Below, one piece after another: positions 22,214-34,288 of a stretch of 64,000 nucleotides of DNA; position 1 is the stretch's first letter; every line of letters starts with the position of its first letter. Both the position numbers and the translations under genes were made by a program. Source of the stretch: Tubulanus polymorphus. Its lineage: Eukaryota > Animalia > Nemertea. Under the pieces are notes generated by a model that searched no databases, was not told where the DNA came from, and saw only the letters and a list, made by a program, of their open reading frames with translations. The stretch is from positions 14,000,275-14,064,274 of the forward strand of contig NC_134032.1 of NCBI RefSeq assembly GCF_964204645.1. Reading direction: 5' to 3'.

Positions 22214-22645
22214 CCCACAGCATTTCCGGTATCCCTATACACTACGCCGACAGTCAATCGATTCGAGTCGAGTCGAGATTCGCTAATCGTCAATCGTCAA
22301 TCGAAACCAAACACACGCGCGAGGCGGAGTGGACTGGTTGCCTGTCCCCCCATTCAATTACTAACCGAAGATAGAGACCGGTAACCAGTCTACATAATCT
22401 TTGGACGCTAACAGGGAAGCGCTCCGGGTTGGTTGGAGCTTCTTGTCAATACTAACCAAATGGCTTTGCTTCATTGACTAGAAATACATGAAGTAGCCTT
22501 TTCCTTCCACTTGTAATTCTCACACGCTTTTTTCGGCAAATAAAGATTTTAATCAGTTTAAAGCCGTGAACGCATTCGCTTCCATGTGACACGGAGCATG
22601 ACTGACAAGTAGGTGCAATGGACAACTCTACTAATGGAAGAAGGC

Positions 22646-24632
22646 ATGCCAGTTGCCATTTGCTAGTTGCCATTTGCTAGTTGGGCTTGTTGCCAATTGC
22701 TAGTTGTCAAATGCCACTTGCTAGTTGAAGATTTTTTCGATCCGTTCACGCGAGCGCCACCTCAATATATGTTTCCTTAAAGATATTTACCACTTAAGCA
22801 AATCTATCGTCAAATTAAATTTGATTTTAAGTAAAATCGTATAATTCATCCTGGCAAAATCAAATTGGATTCGGTCTAATCTTTGAATTTAACACGGTAT
22901 CAAATTCAAATCGATTCATCAAATCATCAAATCACAAATCGGAGGTGATTTCATACGATTTGAATGAAGATGTTGGACTCACAAATATTTTCGAAAAACT
23001 GATAATAATTGGTCACAACTTAAAGAAAAACTGAAACTCATTCATAGGAAATGATAACCGGGGAAGTACTTTCTTGTCAGCCGTTTTGAACAAGTCGTCA
23101 AATTCATCCTGTTGTGCAAATCTTAGGCGAATTTATCACGTCAAATCAAATTTGATTTTAAGTAAAATCGTTTTTTTCTTGTCATAATCAAATTTGATTT
23201 GGTCTAATTTTTGAATTTAACACGGCATCAAATTCAAATCGATTTGTCAAATCATCAAATCACCCCCGGATGCGATTTGATACGATTTGATGATGGTGGA
23301 CAAATTTTTTGTCGAAAAACTGATATTAATGTCAAAACTGAAAGAGAAACCTGAAACCCATTCATGGGAAATATTATTTTGAAAAGTGGGACAGTATTTT
23401 CTTGTCAGCTGTTTGGAACAAGTCGTCAAATTCATTCTGTTGTGCAAATCTTATTTGATTAGATTACACGTGACTAACAAAGTATGATTAGGAAAATCAA
23501 ATCTGATTTGACAAGATATATTCGCCTCTTATTTGATTAGATTACACGTGACTAGCAAATTATAATTAGGCAAATCAAATCTGATTTGACCAGCGCGGGT
23601 CGGGGTCGGGCTCGGGTTCAGACGTGCTTGTCACAATTTGATGGAGGAGTGGATGATACCAGTATCCCTATATAAAAAAGATTCTTGTTTATATAGGGAT
23701 ATTGGCCTATCATCCATCCTCCATCAAAATTAATTGTGACAAATTGTGTCAGTCCGGCATTGTATCAACGGTGGTCGTGATTTTATTGCTATCATCCACT
23801 AGGTTCTGTAAAACTCCCCACCTAGCCCTGGTGTGACACACATGGTCCGGTACTATAAGGTGGGATTCTGGCAGCGCGTCTCTCGGGTCGTGTCTCGATC
23901 TGCGGACTGAGAATTCAAGAAATTTTTTATAGGCGGACCCCTGACTCAGAGATGAAAGTGGGGAACGGTTAAGACTATGATTTTAGACATCTAACACCAT
24001 TGCACTCATGGTAGTACCCATAATCATTGATTAAATAGTCATAGAATTTTACTCGGGCACACGCGCGTCACTCGGGCGCAGTTACAAATTACGTTTTAGT
24101 CATTCAACGTATTAAGTGACTGAACCTTTTTTTCAAAACAGGAAAGATGATTTAAGTCAAATATGGACCGGGCGGTCACCAAAACGCGGCAAGCGCACAC
24201 TAGTTATACGAAAACTGCAGCTCGAGTCTGACTGCAGTGAACGTGTGAGACCGACGTATCGGCCAAATTTCAACATTTTCTTCAGTTTAAGAAATCAATG
24301 AAATTGAAACGAGCACTGCCGCTGGGCGGGCGACAGCTCCGAGTCGTCATGGGTACGACGCGCCTCAGTCTGGTCCATCAGCAGTGCTCTTGGCCTGGTC
24401 CGGTCCAGGTGTCATCCAAAAATAATCATTGAAAATATGATTCTGATTGAATGAGATATTTTTGCATTTTATCGATGTATTGTGCCAACTTTGGTTTTAT
24501 AGGGTTCATGATCATAATTTGATCATGCAATTTCGCGGCAATGAATAACAAAAGGTATATACCGAGGTGGCGCTAGCGGGTGGAGAACAATTATCAAATG
24601 GTATTTGGCAACTAGCAACTAGCAACTGGCAT
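22646..24632. mobile_element. About 2-kb non-coding element with long imperfect inverted termini
   Basis: ATGCCAGTTGC(TGCTAGT repeats)...AGCGCCACCTC on the left is mirrored by GAGGTGGCGCT...GCAACTAGCAACTGGCAT on the right; internal duplications of about 330 bp and about 80 bp, and a hairpin at 23628-23742. Confidence 0.55.
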
Positions 24633-25261
24633 ATCCCTCCAGGTCTTCCATATAATTCACTATGCGCGATGTCCTATCACTGCTTATCTACCCTCGATCT
24701 ATCGGCCACAAAAAAACGCCTAAAAACAGGCGGCGCTAAATTCGGAGAGGTGTTGTTGAGGAGAATCAAGTAATTTATCTCCAGTGGCCTTATTAAAGTT
24801 CTACGATATTGTTCAGCTGGCTACTGGCGCGTGTTCTACTCGTCGGCCCTCTATAAGTATAAGCTCACAATGTAAACCCATTCATTCAACTTTAACAATA
24901 GAGTCAAAGAGACACAATTGCGGTATATTCACACGCCCTATTGAATACGTCACCGGCTGACCACAGTATGTATAAAGCATAGGAAACCATTCATTCACCT
25001 CCGCTCTCTCACACTGTGCAGACGCATGCTTCCGTGGATTCTCCTGGCGATCATGATCCTGGCGATCTTCGCTGCGCTCCTGTTCCTGCTTCCTGAGGAA
25101 CGACGTCTTTATGTTTTATGTGTTACTGTTCGTCTCCGTACTGTCCTGTACTGTTCTGTGTTAATTAATCCGTTCTATTTTTCAGCGATTAACTCGTTCT
25201 ATTTTTCAGCAATTAATCCGTTCGATATTTCAGGGCCGATTTCTCTCTCGATTCTTAATAT

Positions 25262-25421
25262 TTTATGGAACAAAACTAATATCCGAAAGCGTCGGCTCTC
25301 CTTCGCCGGTCACGTGTCAAGAACGGCAGGTAAGAGTCGGCCAGGAAATGATGTCCCTACGTGCCCTCACACAGGGAATGCAAACTAGGACGACAATGCC
25401 TCACATCATTATCTGCCTACA
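25262..25421 (+). mobile_element. Decayed RTE-type LINE C-terminal fragment
   Basis: Translates IRKRRLSFAGHVSR, matching the RRLxxxGHVxR motif downstream of the RT domain in RTE-group ORFs. Confidence 0.55.
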
Positions 25422-25528
25422 GTGTGTACTGAGTGACGTCAATGACTGTCGAATCTATCAGATTACTAGGGGTAAAAGATTGAGTGGTGTGATACTGGTC
25501 ACCCTTCCGGCAGGACTGTAGTTGTGTT

Positions 25529-25860
25529 CCGGCAACTAGTTAACACTAGTTCTGGCCATTGGTCGCTTTGGTTTTCCGGCAGAACTTCTCTTCTGAGTTG
25601 TTCCGTCCGGCAACTAGTTAACTCTAGTTCTGGCCATTGTTGACCTTTGGTTTTCCGGCAGAATTTCTCTCCTGAGTTGTTCTGTCCGGCAACTAGTGTG
25701 ACTCTAGTTCTGGCCATTGGTCGCTTTGGTTTTCCGGCAGAACTTCTCTCCTGAGTTGTTCCATCCGGCAACTAGTTAACTCTAGTTCTGGCCATTGTTG
25801 ACCTTTGGTTTTCCGGGCACTTCTATTTGTTCTCGATCGGCAACTAGTTAACTCTAGTTC
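25529..25860. repeat. 78/79-bp tandem repeat, about 4 copies
   Basis: Units starting CCGGCAACTAGT at 25529, 25607, 25686 and 25765. Confidence 0.9.
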
Positions 25861-25914
25861 GACTCAGTTAGCGCTACTCTCTTTTGTCTTTAGTAACTGG
25901 CAGAATTGTCAGTT

Positions 25915-26100
25915 ATTGATGCCGCCCGGCACATCCTGTAGGTAGGTGATGAATGTGAGGTGTTGGCGCCCTGGTTTGCGTTCCCCGCGCGAAGGCACGT
26001 GGGGACGAGTGTTTCCTGGCTGACTCGTCAGCTGTCGTTCTCGGCACGTGACCGGCGAAGGAGAGCTGAAAAGCTTTCGGACATTAGTTTTGTTCCGTAC
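25915..26100 (-). mobile_element. Second, inverted RTE-type LINE fragment
   Basis: Minus strand QLSFAGHVPR, then after a frameshift PSRGERKPGRQHLTFITYLQD; aligns with 25262-25421. Confidence 0.55.
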
Positions 26101-26375
26101 CAGGTTTTTATCTCCGTTCTCTCTTTTCTCTCATTTCAGGTTACCCATAAGAAGGCGATGACGAAGAAGCCAGGAAGACGATGAAGAAGAGATTCCAGAG
26201 ATTCAACCGCCGCTGGGATCTGACGACAGCCCGTGAAGACGCCACATAAAGCTAAGTTGATTTATTATTCTTGGGTTATCATCCGTGGCCTGACGGATAG
26301 CTGCTAGGGAGATTTGGGGTGCCAGTGAAGTTCGGCATCTCCATCCAATATCTAACAGCAAACGACGTCATTGGT

Positions 26376-29218
26376 TCCAAAATTTCCAATTGTGTACTTC
26401 GATTTTTCCAACAAATTCTGTAAATTTGATCACCGATCACACAACTATAGCTGTACTTCGATTTCCAAATTTAAAATCAAACCGTTTCACTCTCAGCAGG
26501 TGTAATGGGTTTGTAGTAACTGTCTACACAAACACTGGAGTGTTAAGATCTCCTAAGGCCTCCCCCTGAGTCCTCTCTCCTTTAGCCCCCCAATAATCAT
26601 CATACTTCTGTCGTCTCTGATTTTTCTATTTCCAGGTCAGCTCGAACTCCGTCAACCCGACGTCGAGGCACCGCCGAATTTCCAATTAAGAAGATTCTGT
26701 AAACTCGATCGCCGATCACACAACTATATCTGTACTTCGATTTCCGATTTAAAAACTTAGACAAAATTCTCTTTTACCTTGTAAACTTTCGGGCTACATG
26801 AAAAAAAAGACCAAAGAATTGTATAAATTAGACAAAATTATTCAACCTTGTAAACTTTCGGACTAATTTACATGAAGAAGACCAAATATTGTAAAATTAT
26901 CTTCAACCTTGTGATATAGTTATTGCCAAAATCTTGACGGGGCCGATTCAAATCAAACTTTAACAACCAACCTAGGAGATCCACGCCGATAATGAACCCA
27001 GCAATCGTAAAAGGTAACTTGATATACATGAAATTATTACGATTAATTCTGGATGAAATATTTGTATTTACAGGATATCTTTGTTTTCTCATTTCAGCTA
27101 CCGTCAATCCTATATGAAACTGCCGCGCTTTAGATCAACAACTCGTTTAAAATCTGCCGATTGGAGAACAGCGCACAGAAAAGGCCAATTTGAATCCAAT
27201 TCAACAACCGACCAACTTACGAGATACCGATAATGAACCCAGCAATCATAGAAGGTAACTTGATATACATGAAATTATCTTATATAATCTTACATAATGA
27301 TACTGAATTGTTGTACCGACTGCTCCGTCGTTACTGGATGTATCGCCCTGAAAATTTGCCCGGTGGTAGATCTAGTCTTTTATCGCTTGGTTTCTGTGGA
27401 AAATGTATTTTTGAATTTATGTGGTGGGCCATTTACCAAATTTTTGTAGTCTCCTACGGTTCACAGAGGGCGCATGGGTCTGCTGGCATAGTACGAGTTA
27501 CTGCTGAGCCGAGTCATGAAACAGTTTTTCAAATGTAACAGATGATAGTGAATGAAAAAGCAATGAACCCACTTACTTTAACCTATGAGGCACTGCTGCC
27601 GGTTCAAAGCAATACACTCACTGAAGTCAGCAGACTGTATTGGGCGTGTTCAAATCTTCTGAGTACTACTTAAAATTTATACATTGTGAAATGATCATAT
27701 CGGTACTTTACATATTTATTTCTATCTATTGTTCTGTTACCTTGGGCCTCCCAGGGGCGGAAGAAATTTTCAGTATGTGATTAAGGGCCCCAGTATCCAA
27801 AATTTCCAATTGTGTACTTCGATTTTTCCAACAAATTCTGTAAATTTGATCACCGATCACACAACTATAGCTGTACTTCGATTTCCAAATTTAAAATCAA
27901 ACCGTTTCACTCTCAGCAGGTGTAATGGGTTTGTAGTAACTGTCTACACAAACACTGGAGTGTTAAGATCTCCTAAGGCCTCCCCCTGAGTCCTCTCTCC
28001 TTTAGCCCCCCAATAATCATCATACTTCTGTCGTCTCTGATTTTTCTATTTCCAGGTCAGCTCGAACTCCGTCAACCCGACGTCGAGGCACCGCCGAATT
28101 TCCAATTAAGAAGATTCTGTAAACTCGATCGCCGATCACACAACTATATCTGTACTTCGATTTCCGATTTAAAAACTTAGACAAAATTCTCTTTTACCTT
28201 GTAAACTTTCGGGCTACATGAAAAAAAAGACCAAAGAATTGTATAAATTAGACAAAATTATTCAACCTTGTAAACTTTCGGACTAATTTACATGAAGAAG
28301 ACCAAATATTGTAAAATTATCTTCAACCTTGTGATATAGTTATTGCCAAAATCTTGACGGGGCCGATTCAAATCAAACTTTAACAACCAACCTAGGAGAT
28401 CCACGCCGATAATGAACCCAGCAATCGTAAAAGGTAACTTGATATACATGAAATTATTACGATTAATTCTGGATGAAATATTTGTATTTACAGGATATCT
28501 TTGTTTTCTCATTTCAGCTACCGTCAATCCTATATGAAACTGCCGCGCTTTAGATCAACAACTCGTTTAAAATCTGCCGATTGGAGAACAGCGCACAGAA
28601 AAGGCCAATTTGAATCCAATTCAACAACCGACCAACTTACGAGATACCGATAATGAACCCAGCAATCATAGAAGGTAACTTGATATACATGAAATTATCT
28701 TATATAATCTTACATAATGATACTGAATTGTTGTACCGACTGCTCCGTCGTTACTGGATGTATCGCCCTGAAAATTTGCCCGGTGGTAGATCTAGTCTTT
28801 TATCGCTTGGTTTCTGTGGAAAATGTATTTTTGAATTTATGTGGTGGGCCATTTACCAAATTTTTGTAGTCTCCTACGGTTCACAGAGGGCGCATGGGTC
28901 TGCTGGCATAGTACGAGTTACTGCTGAGCCGAGTCATGAAACAGTTTTTCAAATGTAACAGATGATAGTGAATGAAAAAGCAATGAACCCACTTACTTTA
29001 ACCTATGAGGCACTGCTGCCGGTTCAAAGCAATACACTCACTGAAGTCAGCAGACTGTATTGGGCGTGTTCAAATCTTCTGAGTACTACTTAAAATTTAT
29101 ACATTGTGAAATGATCATATCGGTACTTTACATATTTATTTCTATCTATTGTTCTGTTACCTTGGGCCTCCCAGGGGCGGAAGAAATTTTCAGTATGTGA
29201 TTAAGGGCCCCAGTATCC
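26376..29218. repeat. Tandem duplication of a 1420-bp unit (two apparently identical copies)
   Basis: 26376-27795 repeats at 27796-29215; identical ORF pairs offset by 1420; TCC microhomology at the junction. Confidence 0.95.
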
Positions 29219-30750
29219 TCGGGCACAGGTCAAGTCGGTCCCGAGATTCCGCATGTTCTCTATGGGCACGGGTGATCACACCACATAATAGGCAGCTTTA
29301 AGATGCTCCTACTCAATTCAATTGCAATGAATAATAAGTTGGAAAGTTCTACATTTAAAAATCACCCGTTGTTTCCACGGGCTTTCTACTAGTTTCGATT
29401 AATTCTGAATGAAATATTTGTATTTACAGGATATCTTTGTTCTCTCATTACAGCTTAATCCTATCCATATGAAACTGCCGCGTTTGAGATCAACAACTTG
29501 TTTAAAATCTGCCGATAAGAAAACAGTGCAAATAAGAGGCATTTAATTATCAAAATCTACGCACCGGTCCACATTACTAATCTGATATATATCCAGCATC
29601 TTAACCTACCGTCATTAGTTTGAAACAGTGAGGAACTAATGCTACTACTACAACCAATTATTGGGGGTCCCAATACTAAAAGACAACCAAGGAGAAAGCT
29701 GCAGATTCAGCTGCCACTGAGACTGAAATGATCTGACGACAGCCCCCAAAAACACCATAGCATTGCATTCACCAACCAATGACAAAGAGACGATCTGAGC
29801 CGATACTGAACATAGCAATCGTTAAAGGTAACTTGATTTACATTGAAATTATTATGATCAATGCTATAAAAAGAATTGTGTGAATATTTTCTATTAATCA
29901 TTTTAGCTAGATCACATCTAAAAGGAAATGTTCAGCCTAAGATTAACTAGTCGAAATCTACTGATCAGAACCGCCAACACAACTTGAATTGAACTCCTCA
30001 TCAATTCTAGCCGTTAATGAACTCAGCAATCTTGAAAGGTAGGTTGATTTACATGGAAATTATTATGGTCAATGCTATATAAAGAGTTGTGTGAATACAG
30101 GATATTTTCTTTTTTTACTTGTTTCAGCTAAAAAATCACATCTTTAAAAAAAAGCTCAGCCTGAGATTAACTAGTCAAAAATGTATGATTAGAATAGCGA
30201 ACAGACGATTCCAACTTGAATTGAAATCATCAACTACCACAACAAATTTATCTCATGAACCAACTAAGACAATCCTTGCCGATACTAAACTCAGCATTGA
30301 ATAAGGTAGGTTGATTGACATTGAAAGTATTATGATTAATAAAGAATTGTGTGATTACCGGATATTTTTTTTCACTCGTTTCAGCCAAAAAATCACATCT
30401 ATTAGAAAAAAGCTCATACTAAGATCAACTAACCAACTAGAATCTACCGATTAGAACAGTCAACAGAACGAGTCCAACTCGAATTGAACTCATACACCAT
30501 CTGAGAACTCCTAGCCGATACTAAACCCACTCATCTTGAAAGGTAACTTGATTTACATGGAAATTTATTATAATTAATGCTATATGAAGATTTGTGTATT
30601 TTGTAAGATATTGTATGATAATTGGATATCTTCTTTTACTCATTTTAGCCATAAAATCACATCTATAAGAAATAGCTCATACTAAGATCAACTAACCATC
30701 TAGAATCGAATGATTAAAGCAGCCAACAGAAGATTCCGACTTCAATTGAA
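26985..30750 (+). repeat. Diverged ~210-270-bp repeat family carrying splice donors and acceptors
   Basis: GCCGATAMTGAAC.CAGCAAT...AAG/GTARST motif near 26985, 27227, 28405, 28647, 29799, 30010, 30278 and 30515. Confidence 0.75.
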
Positions 30751-30831
30751 CTACATAGGCCTAGTAGTCCAGATGAGAAATTCAGCCAGCAGCAGTTTAT
30801 CGCCCAATGATGGATTTCTTCTACTTAAGGT

Positions 30832-31001
30832 GGAGCAGAGATAATGCGTGTCTTATAAACACTTATTCAGGAGCAGCACAGACAATGCGTATCTTATAAA
30901 CACTTATTCAGGAGCAGCACAAACAACGTGTATCTTATAAACACTTATTCAGGAGCAGCACAGACAACGTGTATCTTATAAACACTTATTCAGGAGCAGC
31001 A
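30832..31001. repeat. 41-bp tandem repeat, about 4 copies
   Basis: Unit GGAGCAGCACAGACAACGTGTATCTTATAAACACTTATTCA. Confidence 0.9.
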
Positions 31002-33316
31002 AAGATCACCCGCCCTTTTGCCTATAGCACACCCTGTCACTGCTGTAACTGTTAATTGTTTTAGGGATAATATCTGGGAGATACATTTTACTCTTTTTTA
31101 GAAAGAATGTTAAACAGCTATAAACATGATTAGTTATCGATAGTAAAATTATTGTCATGTTTTCCCTGAAATAACATTGAATTAAATGAGTGAACTGATA
31201 ATGTTTGAAAATCGTTAGTTAAGACAAGGTGCAGCGAAAATTCTAGTTTTCTAGTAAAAATGATGTTGATGAAAATGAAATTTAGAACGTTAAGTTAATA
31301 CTTAGCTTTCCAGGATGACTTAGTAGGATTTGTCTCTTTTATGTTGAGCTGTTTTTATAGTGCAGTTCATTTGTTTACTAGGAACTTACAAGATAATTCC
31401 TCGATTAAATACCTGTCATTTAGCAAGGTGTAATTTTGTCATGAGAATAAAACGACACATACGTGTTCATTATTCATCTTAAAACTTTTCGATTGGTCAG
31501 TTCAGTTTATAGCAACCATCAAACTGATGTCCTATCGAATAAAGTGGAGCAGTAGTTTTTATAAAAGAGGATATATGAACAGTGTTGATTAGTAAATTGT
31601 CCTGTTTTGATTGTCAGTTTTACAATGGCTATATATAATATATTTAATTTCATAACTCATGCATACAATGTTGGACAGGTTTTATGTGCGCTATATGTTT
31701 ATAGAGGATCCAGTGCTAGCCAGCTGGCAGTGCTTAGAATTAAGGCACTAAACCATTTCAAATATCGAAAAAAGTTGTAGATAATTGTAGATACTTTAGC
31801 AATCAGTTATTTGTAATTTACTTAGCTATATTCATATGGATAGTTGAACAATATCTATACGATGATACTCAATATATCTTAATTAAAAAATACTTTTCAT
31901 TAAACGAAACAATGTGGAGAAAATAACGTTGATAATGTTTGAAAATCTCAGGCAAAGTTGGCAAAACTCTAGTTATCTTACTTAAAACTCTAGTTATCTT
32001 GTAAAATAATGTTAATGAAAATAAAGATTGATTAGTTGATTAGTTAATCTCAAGCTTTCCACAGTGAATCTGTTGGTTTTATCTATGGTTTTAATGCTTT
32101 TATGTTTTTCGAATACAGTTCACCCATTTGTTAATGAAGAACTTACATGATAATTCCTTGAATACAAAGCAAAGTTTGCAAAATTTCAGTTTTCTTGTAA
32201 AAATATTGTTAATGAAATGAAATCAGAGATTGATTATTTGAGAGTGAATTTATTTTATGTCCAGTTTTAATGTTTATATGTTGGAGATATGTTATGTAGT
32301 TTTTTGTATAAACAGAATATCTTAAATCTCTCTTACATTGTCATTCGAATAGTTGATATGATTGAATGCTTCATATTTCACGAAATAACCAAGTGTCACT
32401 TATGCCCAGTGACTTCATGAATGTCAAATTAATAGTCTTAGACATTCAGACTAGTCCTAATTGTTGGTGTTTTATGGATCAAGGTTTACAATTCTGTGTG
32501 TAATTTTGTTATTTTCCTATTGATTCAAATTGTATCAATCAGTTGCAGTGGAAATGTTTTTGGCGAATAAAACCTTGAAATACCTTCCATGATGTAGCAT
32601 ATGTGATATTAAAAGCAAGTAATCTTATATTTTGGATAATCTAAGCCATTAAAAGGCTAATGATAATACCTTGTTTTTCCTGATCAGCCGGGTCATTTCA
32701 TAAATCAATGAAATTTGTAATCAGTTAATTTCTATCTGCCGCGTCTGTTATGGTTAGCTTGATCATGATTTTAAAAAAGTAATGTAAGGTCTAAGGTAGA
32801 TAGGCGGCCGGCCAGGTAAACGATTCATTAAATCTTACGCTTTCCAGGGTATTCGGCCAGGTTTATCTCTGGTTTTAGTGCGGGGAGCCATGGACTCTCA
32901 AAATTTAGAGTCCATGGTTGTGTGCTATAGACGTTTCTCTTTTAGAGTCTATGCTTGGACCATGGACGTATAAACTCTAATTTATAGTTTATACGTCCAT
33001 GGTTGGACTGTTTTTGAAATACAGTCCACGTGTTTGAGGAACTTAAGTTATAATTCCTTGAGCACACCTGGCATTTCGTATAATTGTTGTATGAGAGTAA
33101 ATATAATTGTTAGAAACTCTTTGTTTGTTACCTTAGTTAATTAGCTACTCTGAACTTAATAAGTTCACCAGTCAGTGGTTGTGATGCTATGTTCTGCCGA
33201 TTCTTAAGATTCACTATGCTTAGATTTGCAAAAACTGACACGAACTGACTCTGGCAGTAGACTCTTGGTTGCCAGAGACAATTCACATTAGTGTATGAAA
33301 AATCCGCTACTCCACG

Positions 33317-33955
33317 GTACATCCTTTATTCAGCATCTGGACCACTCAGAACTAACATCATTATCAGTAATTACTAAGTTCGAACCTGGAACACCCCTGT
33401 ACATCCTCTATTTAGCATCTGGACCACTCTGAATCAGTATCAGTAATTTCTGGGTTCGAAACCGGGACAACCCTGTACATCCTCTATTCAGCATCAGGAC
33501 CACTCTCAATCAGTGTCAGTAATTACTGGGTTTCAAACCCGGGACCCCCTGTACATCCTCTATTCAGCATCAGGACCACTCAGAATCAGTATCAGTAATT
33601 ACTGGGTTTGAACCCGGGCCCACCCACCCCTGTACATCCTCTATTCAGCATCAGGACCATTCTGAATCAGTATCGGTAATTACTGGTTTCGAACCCGGGA
33701 CACCCCTGTACATCCTCTATTCAGCATCTGGACCACTCTGAATCAGTATCAGTAATTACTGGGTTTGAACCTAGGACAACCCTGTACATCCTCTATTCAG
33801 CATCTGGACCACTCTGAATCAGTGTCAGTAATTACTGGTTTCGAACCCGGGACACCCCTGTACATCCTCTATTCAGCATCTGGACCACTCTGAATCAGTG
33901 TCAGTAATTACTGGGTGTCAAACCCGGGACACCCCTGTACATCCTCTATTCAGCA
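33317..33955 (-). repeat. 76-bp tandem repeat with tRNA-like B box, about 8 copies
   Basis: Minus-strand unit contains TTCAGAGTGGTC...CCCGGGTTCGAACCC. Confidence 0.88.
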
Positions 33956-34204
33956 GTAAATCACCCATGATCCCGACCTTCCAGTTAATCACCCCATAGC
34001 CCGACCCTACCAGTAAATTACGCATAGCCCGACCCTGCCAGTCGCCCCTGACCTGCAAATTTTGCTCTCCTAAGCTCAGAATACGTTCATTTGATGAATG
34101 TGGTTATGAACAAAATATAAGATGTTGTGCTTCATTGATGTATCGTTTATTGGATTTAGACGCTGAAATCACCACGAGCTCTTCACTTGAAGTTGAAAGG
34201 TAGA

Positions 34205-34263
34205 GGATTTTTGCCCATCCTCCCCAGGGAGGGATTTGAACCTGATGGCATCGAGGTTGCCAC
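34205..34263 (-). mobile_element. tRNA-derived SINE-like fragment (same family as 7430)
   Basis: Minus strand GTGGCAACCTCGATGCCATCAGGTTCAAATCCC...GGGAGGATG aligns with 7448-7496. Confidence 0.45.
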
Positions 34264-34288
34264 GTGTGACTGGTTGCCTGTCCCATTC

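Noticed and set aside
31190-33070. Old diverged duplications in AT-rich sequence (GATAATGTTTGAAAATC; GAACTTA...TAATTCCT)
   Set aside because: Real but highly decayed; no ORF, termini or structure to interpret.
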